A model generated the notes under the pieces. The model did not search any database. It saw only the letters and a list, made by a program, of their open reading frames with translations, and was not told where the DNA came from. Source: Cyanophora paradoxa CCMP329 (Eukaryota; Plantae; Glaucophyta). From it: a DNA stretch of 40,735 bases. The translations under genes were made by a program, and so were the position numbers. Of this stretch, positions 31,615-40,735 are shown piece by piece. Within the stretch, counting starts at the first letter, position 1, and every line of letters starts with the position of its first letter. The stretch covers positions 1 through 40,735 of the forward strand of contig QPMI01000371.1 of assembly GCA_004431415.1 (NCBI GenBank). Direction: 5' to 3'.

Positions 31615-34600
31615 ATGGCGCGGCCCCCGCCAGCCGCGGCGGTGGTGCTACTTTTCCTCGTGTTCGGCGCTGTTGTGGTCGAAGTCACGGAGGCGATGTC
31701 GATCCGAGAGCGCATACGATTGCGGTGCGTTGTTCGGTCTGCCGCTAGCGCTCCGGGGCGCTCCCGCTGTCATCATCGAGCTTTGGCCTGCCGCCGCCCT
31801 CGCTGTCATCTTCGGGCTTCGCTGACCGGTTCTGCAGAGAGGAGGTGCGGCGGATGTTTTATCACGGCTACGAAGGCTACCTGAAGTACGCCTTCCCTGC
31901 GGACGAGCTCGCGCCGGTCTCCTGCAGCGGTGCGTGCGCCCGGGCGCGTCAGCGCTTGCCGAGGGCGCCCCCGGCTCACCCCGCGGGCGGCAGGCATCAA
32001 CAACTTCGGCGGCTACGCGCTGACGCTGATCGACGCGCTGGACACGCTGATGGCGCGTCCGGGGCCGCCCCTGCAATCCCCGCGCGCGGGGGGGGGTCGA
32101 GTCGCGCGCCCGGGCCGCTGAGCGGGGCGCACGGGCGGGGCGCAGGTGCTGGGCAACGCCACGGAGTTCGGGCGGGCGGTGGGGGTCGTGCTGAGCCGCT
32201 TCCACGACTTTGACATCGACGCAAACGTCTCGGTCTTCGAGACGAATATCCGGATCCTGGGCGGCCTCCTCTCCTCCCACCTCCTCGCCATCCGCTACGT
32301 TCCCGTGAGCCCGTCGCCCCTCCTCCTCCTCCCCCCCCCCCCCCCCCCCTCCCCGCTTGAGGCGGAGGGGGGCGGCAGGGGTACGGGGGCGGGCTGCTGG
32401 AGCTGGCGCGGGACCTGGGCCACCGGCTGCTGTGGGCCTTCCAGACGCCGACCCTCATCCCCTACGGCACCGTCAACCTCAGGCGCCCCGCCCCGGCCCC
32501 CGGCCCCGCGAGGCGTCTGACCCGCCCGGGCAGGTACGGGGTGCCGCCTGGGGAGACCCCCGTGGCCTCCCTCGCCGGCGCCGGCACCTTCGCCCTCGGT
32601 GCCCCCGCGTCTCTCCCGCGGCCCGCGGGGGCCCCGCTGACGCGCCGGCGCGCGGCAGAGTTCGGGCTGCTCTCGCGGCTCACGGGGGACCCCCGCTTCG
32701 AGGCGGCCGCCCGGGGCGCCCTCCGCGGCCTCTTCCGCCGCCGCTCCCCGCTCGGCCTCTTCGGCATGCACATCGACGCCCTCAGCGGTCCGCCCCTGCT
32801 CTGCATCGCCGCGCCCCGCCCCCGCCGCGCCCGCCCGACGGGCCGGGCAGGGGAGTGGACGCAGAAGGAGGCGGGGATCGGGGCGGGGGCGGACTCGTTC
32901 TACGAGTACCTCTACAAGGGGTACCTGCTCTTCGAGGACCGGGAGTACCTGTGGATGTTCGGCGAGGCGTACGCGGCGGTGCTGCGCCACCTCAAGAAGG
33001 ACGCCTGGTACGTCGACGCCAACATGTACTCCGGCCAGATCGTCTGGTGCCCCGCCCCGCCCGCCCCGCTCCGCATCTTTGCTGAAGGCGGGCTGGGGCG
33101 CGGGGGCGCAGGCCGATCTTCAACAGCCTGCAGGCGTTCTGGCCGGGGCTGCAGGCGCTGTACGGGGACGTCTCGGCGGCGGCGGAGACGCACTACGCCT
33201 TCCACTGGGTCTGGCGCAAGTACATCGGCATCCCCGAGGGCTGGAACCTCCACTCCCAGCAGGCCCAGGCCGGCCAGAAGCGCTACCCGCTGCGCCCCGA
33301 GCTCGCCGAGTCGGCGTTCTACCTGCACGCGGCGACGGGGCGGGGCCGGTACCTGTACGTGGGGCGGGACATGGTGCGGAGCCTGCAGCACTTCACGCGG
33401 ACGCCGTGCGGGCACGCGGAGGTGGACGACGTGGAGACGGGGGCCCTGGCCGACGCCCAGGCCTCCTTCTTCCTCTCCGAGACCTGCAAGGCCCGCCCCC
33501 CCCGCCCCGCCCCGCCCCGCCCTCCTGCCCCCAGCTGGGGCTGACCCCCCCGCAGTACCTGTACCTGCTGTTCGACCCGGAGCCCGGGACGCTGGGGAAG
33601 CGGGGCGTCGTCTTCACGACGGAGGGTCACCTCGTGCCCCTCGACTACAACGCCACCATCCCCTACACCTGGACCGCCTGGGAGACCCAGCCCCAGCCCG
33701 GGCCCCCGGCTCATTTTGAGGACGGGGCCCTCCCCGCCTCGGCCCCGGCCGCGGGCCCCCACAACGAAACGGCGCCGGCCGTCGACCCGCTCACGGGCAG
33801 GCCAGCGGTGGCGGGGGCGGGCGGGGCAGGGCGTCGGCGGCGGCGGGCGGCGCGGGTGTCGGGGCTGAGGCGGCAGCCGGTGGAGGTGGACTTTGCGCGG
33901 CAGTGCCCCGCCCTGCCGCCCCACGAGCGGCCCCTCTACAGCCGCTCCGACGCCCCGCCCGCCCTCCACTCCGAGCCCCCCGCCGTTGCAGGCAGCGGAG
34001 GCGGCAGCAGCGGCAGAGGCAGCAGCGACGATGGCAGCAGCGGCGGAGGCAGCAGCGGCGGTGGTGGGGTCGGCATCGGCAGCGATGCCAGCAACGGCGG
34101 TGGCAGAAGCAGCAGCAGCAGCAGCAGCGGGGATTTTTTTGAAGGGGGCGGGGGCGAGTGGGAGGAGGTGGAGGTGGATCTCGAGGACGGGGGGTGGGGC
34201 CCCGGGGATGAGGAGGAGGAGGGGAGGAGGCGGGGCTGGACTGGGAGCTGGAGGCGAGCGTCGAGTCCGACGCCCTCGTGCGCGCCCCGCGCCCGGCCCG
34301 CTGCCGCCGCCTTCGCCGCGTCCTCCGACGCCGGCGGGGCGCGGGGGCGGCAGGTGGTGGCGGCGGAGGTGGACGCGCTGGTGGCCGCGCAGGAGCGGCG
34401 CGGGCGCGACGAGCGCGTCTTCCAGCACGTCGCCGCCGCCGCCCTCAACGCCGCCGCCGCCAACGCCAAGGGCTCCGTCCGCCCCGCGCCCCCCTTGGCT
34501 CCTCTCGGCCCGCGCTGAGGCCGGCCGCGCGGGGCCGCGCGCGCAGGTGCAAATCGTGGTGCAGGGACCCGACGGGCGCGTCTCCCAGATCACCGTCCCC

Positions 34601-35140
34601 GCCCCGCAAGCCGGCAAGGAGCTCCCCGGCGAGGCCGGCCCGGCCCCGGCGGGGCGGGGCGGCGGGGAGGGGGCGGAGGCGGCGGCGGCGGCGGCGGCGG
34701 TGCAGGGGCTGGTGGCGGCGGGGCAGGGCGGGGGCCCGGGGCACGCGCAGGAGATGCAGATGGTGCAGGCCATCATGAACTTCCTCCAGAAGCAGTTCCA
34801 GCCCGCCCCGCACGCCCCCGCCGCCCCCGCCGGCGAGGGCGGGCCCCCGCAAGGGCCCCCCGACCCCGCGCCATCGGAGGAGGCAACGGCGGAGGCAGCG
34901 GCCTCCGAAGCGGCGGCGGAGGCGGCGGAGGCGGCAGGGGAGGCCGGGGCGGCGGGGGCAGCGGGTGGGGGCGGGGCGGGGCGGGGCGAGGCGCCCATCT
35001 CGGCGGAGATCAACGAGCCGTGGCCGGAGGAGGCGGAGGAGGCGGACGAGGCCGGCGGCTGGGTCGACGCCGAGGCCCTCGCCAGGAGGCCCGCCCACGA
35101 GGAGGCGCCCCCGCCCCCCGGGCCCGCCGGCCAGCCCTGA
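31615..35140 (+). CDS. EDEM2: GH47 alpha-1,2-mannosidase, EDEM2/plant MNS4-like (ERAD), with signal peptide and low-complexity C-terminal extension
   Basis: Hydrophobic N-terminus, then [117 protein letters not shown]. Confidence 0.92.
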
Positions 35141-35505
35141 TCATGACCCCCGCGCCACCCTCTGCGGCCGCCGATATCGATCCCGCATTGTTTCTCGTCC
35201 ATTTTTCCTGGGGTACACGCGTAGGGGCCCTTGGTCATGATCACTTCTCTCTTTCACAGTGTAACAGCTGCAGTGTGTCAGTGTAGTGTGAGAGTTTTTG
35301 AAGCGAGCTTGAAGGAGGGAATTCAATGACTCAGTGATTTGAATTGAAGCGATCGCGAGTAGCTATAGAAGTCTGAAGCGAGCCCGATGGCCATGGCGAG
35401 CACAGCCTTTCTAAGTTCATTTTGCCAAGTTGCAAGGATCATCGGATCCTTGCAAATGAATAGAATTCGCCGAGTCGAAAAGCCTTGAAACTTTTGAGAG
35501 GCCGC

Positions 35506-35550
35506 GGCCTCAGGGCCTCAGGGCCTCAGGGCCTCAGGGTCTCAGGGCCT
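35506..35550. repeat. (GGCCTCAG) x5.6 tandem repeat
   Basis: ggcctcag ggcctcag ggcctcag ggcctcag ggtctcag ggcct. Confidence 0.9.
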
Positions 35551-36110
35551 GATCATGAAGTTCATGATCACGGATTGGAACCTGGAATTTTAAAGTGGAT
35601 GGGCCCCTGTTCAGCCCTTCCGAGTTCTTCGGAAGCCTTGATCGACTCGGCAGTGAATTCGAAGGGCCTTTTGAGCTTCGGAAGAGGCCCGAGGCCTTGC
35701 ACTTGATGCTCCTTCCGAGTTCCGAAGTTCTTTGGAAACTACGGTCCGAGGGCACTGCGGCATAATTGATCATTCTTCTTCGGTTGATCATTCAAGGGCC
35801 CGAGGGGACTCTGACCACGATTGTGATCGGCCTCATGATCCGATGATCAGTGCCCGTTAAATTTTGAACCTTTCGAGTTTGTGACCCGCCACTGGGCCAA
35901 TTGTGTGAGGAGGGGCCCCGGGCCCATTTTGACCGGGGGACCCCGGGCCCAGCTGCAGGCCCTTCCGACGCCCTCAAGTAACGGGAGAGTTACGGGATCG
36001 CGGGCCGCCAGGCTAGAGGGTCAAGCTGATTTCCTTACTTACACTACACAGGCGTGGGTGCCCGCACGCATTGAAACTACAGGACTACGTAAACTCCACG
36101 CGGCGGTGGC

Positions 36111-39100
36111 CTAGCGGCTGCGGCGGAGGGCGTCGTAGGCTGCGCCGTCGAGGGGCACGAAGTGCGGGTCCGAGTCGAGGACGATCTCCCGCTTCAGCCG
36201 CTCCCAGTCTGCCCGGTGGTCCTGAGGGGCCGTCAGAGAAGCTGATGGGAGGCGGCGGGGGTGGGCGGGGCGCACCCTGGCCTCGGCGGAGAAGCAGCGG
36301 GCGGCGGTGGCGGACTCGCGGCGGAGGCGGGCGAGCTCGCGGCGCAGGGCCTCCACCTCGGCCCCGCACGCGCGCTGCTGCTCGCGGTAGAGCTCCCGGT
36401 ACATCCCCGCCTCGCTCGCCGCCGCCGCCCAGCACCGCTCCTGGCCCTGCCCCGCGTCAGGCGCGCGTCAGGCGCGCCGGGGCCGGCGGCGGGGGCGGGG
36501 CGGGGCGGACGGCGGCGGCGGCGGAGGCGGCCTCGTGGCGGGCGAGGAGCGACTCGTGCTCGCCCCTGAGGGCCTCCAGCGCCCGCCCGCCTCCTCCGCC
36601 CCGCCCGCAGCGCCCCCGCCTCCCGCTCGAACGCCCTGCGCCCCCGGCCTCGGCGGCGGCCCGACGCATGCACGGAGGGGAGGGGCGCCCGCACCGGCTC
36701 TGCTCCTCGAGCGCCGCCTCCGCCGCCGACCGCAGCGCGGCCGCCCGCCACGCGCCCACCGCCCGCGCCGCGCGGAGCCGCTCGGAGCGCTGCGGGGCGG
36801 GTGAGGGGCGCGGGCGGGCGCGGGGGGCCGGCGGGGCGCACGGCGGCGAAGAGGAGCGCGGCGGCGCGCAGGAGGCGCTCGCGGCCGGCGCGGGAGCGGA
36901 GGGCGGCGAAGGCGGCGGCGGCGCGGCGGCGGGCGGCGGCGGCGGCGGCGAGGCCGGCGAGGCGCTCGGCGAGGGCGTCGCCGCGGGCGGCGGCGCGGGC
37001 GGCGGCGTCCGACGCGGCGAGGGCGCCGAGGCGCGCCTCCTCGAGCTCCGCCGTCGCCGCCTCGCTCGCCCCCCGCAGCCGCTCCGCCCGCGCCTCCGCC
37101 GCCCCGCACGCCTCCTGCGGCACGCGGGCCGTCAGCGGGGGCGAGGGGCGGGGAGGGGGGCGGGAGGGGCGGACGGCGGCGCGGGCGGCCTCCTCCTCGG
37201 CGGCGTCGAGGCGGGCGCGGAGCTCGCCGGCGGCGCCCTCGACCGCCTCCCGCCGCCCCCGCTCCTCCGCCGCCTCCCGCTCGCACCGCTCCGCCACGCC
37301 CCGGGCCGCCTCCGCCTCGGCGCGCGCCGCCTCGAGCTCGGCGCGGGCCTCGAGGGCGACCGCCTCGGCGGCGGCGGCGCGCCGGTCGGCGGCGGAGAGG
37401 GCGGCGGCGGCGTTGCGGAGGGAGAGCTCGCGCGCCGCCAGCTCGCCGCGCAGCAGGCGCGCCTCCCCGCCGCCTCCTCGAGGGCCGCCCGCGCCGCCGC
37501 CTCCGAGCAGCGGAGGGCGCCGATGGCGGCCTCGGCGGCGGTGGCGGCGCCCTCGGCGGTGGCGGCGCGGGTGCGGGCGGCGAGGGCGGAGCAGTCGGAG
37601 ACGACGGCGCGGCGCTGCGACGAGGCGGCGCGCTCCCGCAGCTCCTCCACCTCCAGCAGCTCCGCCTCCGCCTCCCCGGCCCGCCGCCCCGCCTCCGCCG
37701 CCTCCCGCGCGCCGCCTCCAGCTCCGCCTCCAGCGCTCCGCACCGCTCCTCCGCCCCCGCCGCCGCCTCCCGCGCCTCCTCCAGCTCTGCCCGGACCGCC
37801 TCGAGCTCCGCCTCCGCGGCGGCTCGCAGCTCCGCCTCCGCGGCTGCCGCCGAGCGGGCCTCGATCAGGGCGATCTCGGCGTCTTCCCGCTCGCGCCGCG
37901 GTCCCGCCAGCGCCTCCGCCCGCTCCGCCGCCCGCTTCGTCTCCCGCTCCGCGTCGGCCGCCCGCCTCTCCGCCGCCGCCGCCGCGTCGGCCGCCGCCTC
38001 GGCCTGCTCCCTTGCAGCCTCCAGCTCTGCCTCCATTGCGGCCGCGTCGCCCCGGGCGGCCCGCAGCTCGGACGAGAGGGCCTCGGCGCGGGCGGCCGCC
38101 GCCTGGGCCTCCGCGCGAGCCGCCTCGAGCTCCGCCTCGAGGGAGGCGCGTCGCTCCGCGTCCGCAGCGGCAGCCACCCACGTGGCGTCGGCGTCGGATT
38201 TGGCCAAAGCGAGTTCCTCCTCGGCGCGATCGGCACGCTCCGCGGCCGCCTCCAGCTCCCCCTCGAGCGAGGCGCACCGCGCCGCCGCCTCGGCCGCCGC
38301 CGCGCGCGCCAGCTCCAGCTCCTGCTCCGCCCGCTCGGCCACCGCCTGGAAGCCCTCCCGCGCCGCCTCGAGCTCCGCCTCCGCGGCGGCTCGCAGCTCC
38401 GCTTCCGCGGCCGCCGCCGAGCGAGCTTCCTCGGCCCGCGCGACGGCCTCCTCGAGCTCGCGCCTCAGGCCCGCCAGCGTCGCCTCCGCGATTCCGGACG
38501 CCTCCGCCGCCCGCCGCGCCTCGAGCTCCGCCTCTGCCGCGCGCCCTTCCGCGTCCGCGCACCTCTGATGCACCGCCGCGAGCTCCGCCTCGAGCTCGGC
38601 GAGGCGCCCCTCGGCCCGCTCCGCCCGCTCCTCCGCTGCCGCCGCCGCGAGCTCCTCCCGCGCCGCGTCGGCCTCGGCCCTGGCGGCCTCGAGCTCGGCC
38701 TCGGCGGCCTCGCGCATCTCGGCCTCGGCGGCGGCGACGGTGCGCGCCTCGACGAGGGCCGCCTCCGCCTCGGCCGCCCGCTCCACCGCCCGCCGCGTTT
38801 CCGCCTCCGCCTCGGCCGCCCGCCGCTCCGCCGCCGCCGCGTGCTCGGCGGCGGCCTCGAGGGCGGCGGCCTCGGCGGTTCGCTCGCGGAGCAGGGCCGC
38901 CTCGAGCTCGCGCTGCAGCGCCGCCCCCGCCCGCTCGGCCTCCGCAGGCGGCCCTCCAGCCGCCCCCGCTCCTCCAGCGCCCCGCCAGCGCCCCTGCCGC
39001 CTCCCCGCGCGCCTCGGCAGCCGCCTCGCCGCCCGCAGCCGCTCCTCCTCGAGCGCCGCACGCGCCTCCGCCGCCTCCCGCCGCGCCTCCTCGGCGGCCT

Positions 39101-40735
39101 CCTCCAGCGCCGCCCGCTCACCGGCGGCGGCCGCGAGGTGCGCGGCGGCCTCGGCGGCGCGGGCCTCGGCCTCGCACAGGCGCCCGGCGAGCTCCTCGCG
39201 CGCCGCGTGCGCTGCCCGCAGCTCCGCCTCCAGCGCCGCCCGGCCCCGCCCGCGGCAGCGGCCTCGGCGCGGGCCTCTTCGGCGGCGTCGAGCGCCTCGG
39301 CCGCCTCCTGCGCGGCCGCACGCCGCCGCTCCTCCGCCGCAGCCCGCGCCCGCTCCGTCTCCCGCAGCTGCCCCGCCCGCCGCCCCGCCTCCGCCTCCGT
39401 CGCCTCGAGCTGCCGGCGGGCCTCGGCGGCCTCCTCGGCGGCGGCCTGGGCGGCGGCGCGGGCGGCGCGGAGCTCGGCGTCGAGGGCGGCGCGGGCGCGG
39501 CGGGCCTCGAGGGCGCCGGCCTCGGCCGCCTCGAGGCGGGCGCGAGCTCGTCCGCCTCGCGCGCCGCCCGCGCCGCGCCCTCGCCGCGCTCCTCCGCGAG
39601 CCGCGCCCGCGCCTCAGCGAGGCCGCGCTCGAGCTCGCCGAGGCGCCGCTGGAGCCGCGCCGCCTCGCCCCGCGCCTCCTCCTCCTCGCCCCGCGCCGCA
39701 CGCAGCGCCGCCTCCAGCTCCCCGCGCTGCGCCCCGGCCCCGCGTGAGGCGAATGGGGGATCGGGGCGCGCGCATGTAATCCGGTGCACCTTGCGCTCGG
39801 AGTCGGCGAACTTGGCGCGCAGCTCGGCGAGGCAGGCCGCTAGCCGCTCGCCCTCCGCCCGCGCCGCCCCGGCCTCCGCGCTCGCCTCCGCCGCCCGCTC
39901 CTCCGCCTCGCCGCCGGCGCGGCGCGCCTCCTCGAGGGCGCGGCGCGCCTCGCGCAGGCCCCGGCGCGCCGCCTCGAGCTCCTGCCCCAGCGCCGCCGCC
40001 TTCTCCGCCGCCGCGTTGCCCTCCTCCCGCGCCTCGTGCAGCTCCGCCGCCAGCGCCGCACCCGCGCCGCCGACGCCACCGCCCGCTCCGCCGCCGCGGC
40101 CGCCTCGCTCCGGGCCGCCTGGAGCTCAGCGGCCACTGTCGCCGCAGCGTCGGCACGGGCGGCCCGCAGCTCCGACGCGAGGGCCTCCCGCGGGCCGCCG
40201 CCGCCTCGGCCTCCGCGCGAGCCGCCTCGAGCTCCGCCTCGAGGGAGGCGCGTCGCTCCGCTCCGGCCAACGCCGCCGCGCGGACCGCCTCGGCCTCGGA
40301 CGCCTTCGCCGCGAGCTCCTCCCGCGTCGCCTCCAGCTCCGCCTCCACTGCTGCCGCGCCGGCCCGGGCCGCCCGCAGCTCGGACGAGAGAGCGTCAACC
40401 TCTGCAGCCGCCGCCTCGGCCTCCCCGCGAGCCGCCTCGAGCTCCGTCTCGGCGGAGGCGCGTCGCTCGGCCTCCGCAGCGGCAGCCGCCCGCACGGCGT
40501 CGGCGTCGGATTCGGCCGCCGCAAGTCGCTCCTCGGCGTGATCGGCCCGCTCCGCAGCCGCCTCCAGCTCCGCCTCGAGCGAGGCGCACCGCGCCGCCGC
40601 CTCGGCCGCCGCCGCCCGCGCCAGCTCCAGCTCGTGCTCCGCGCGCTCGGCGACCGCCTGGAAGCCCTCCCGCGCCGCCTCGAGCTCCGCCTCCGCGGCC
40701 GCCCGCAGCTCCGCCTCTGCGGCCGCCGCCGAGCG
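36111..40735 (-). CDS. Long Ala/Glu/Arg-rich coiled-coil protein with internal repeats; 5' end outside the window
   Basis: Recurrent AEAELRAAAEAELEAAR and ERRASLEAELEAAR units. C-terminal exons MYRELYREQQRACG..CFSAEAR/DHRADWERLKREIVLDSDPHFVPLDGAAYDALRRSR*. Several apparent frameshifts. Confidence 0.75.
38040..40735 (-). repeat. Large internal duplication in the coiled-coil gene (~38040-38422 vs ~40350-40735)
   Basis: Near-identical blocks, e.g. cctcgagcgaggcgcaccgcgccgccgcctcggccgccgccgc..accgcctggaagccctcccgcgccgcctcgagctccgcctccgcggc in both. Confidence 0.85.

Noticed and set aside
35506-35550. CRISPR array or telomeric repeat
   Set aside because: It is a simple 8-mer tandem with no spacers, in a eukaryotic context, and is not a TnAGGG-type telomere unit.
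1-40735. tRNA, rRNA or snRNA genes
   Set aside because: None was recognisable by eye; tRNAscan-SE or Infernal would be needed to exclude them.

Overview
This is very GC-rich, gene-dense eukaryotic nuclear DNA from a flagellated organism. The intron style and a plant MNS4-like mannosidase suggest an alga or protist, possibly a glaucophyte such as Cyanophora; that is an unverified inference. By manual splicing I reconstruct 15 protein-coding genes, with introns mostly 50-70 nt: RIB7-like reductase (-, partial), DNAAF2/kintoun (+), a hypothetical START-like protein (-), a 2OG-Fe(II) oxygenase (+), an Ala/Pro/Lys-rich CDK-site-rich protein (-), POLD1 (+), POLR3K/RPC10 (-), an ENT-domain protein (+), a CFAP97/hemingway-domain IQ protein (-), a small Cys-rich protein (+), a tandem C2 protein (-), an uncharacterised protein (+), a SHIPPO/PG-repeat protein (-), an EDEM2/MNS4-like GH47 (+) and a long coiled-coil repeat protein (-, partial). 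Three observations stand out. (1) All 15 genes strictly alternate strand, forming 7 head-to-head pairs; in 5 pairs the start codons are 222-234 nt apart, and the spacers share motifs. (2) The splicing code is unusual: G(T/C)(G/C)CGC donors, frequent GC-AG introns always after an exonic G, no polypyrimidine tract, and C-rich 5' and G-rich 3' intron ends that are complementary. (3) POLD1 carries a textbook U12-type AT-AC intron. Most long ORFs in the supplied track are high-GC shadow ORFs. All coordinates are hand-derived.
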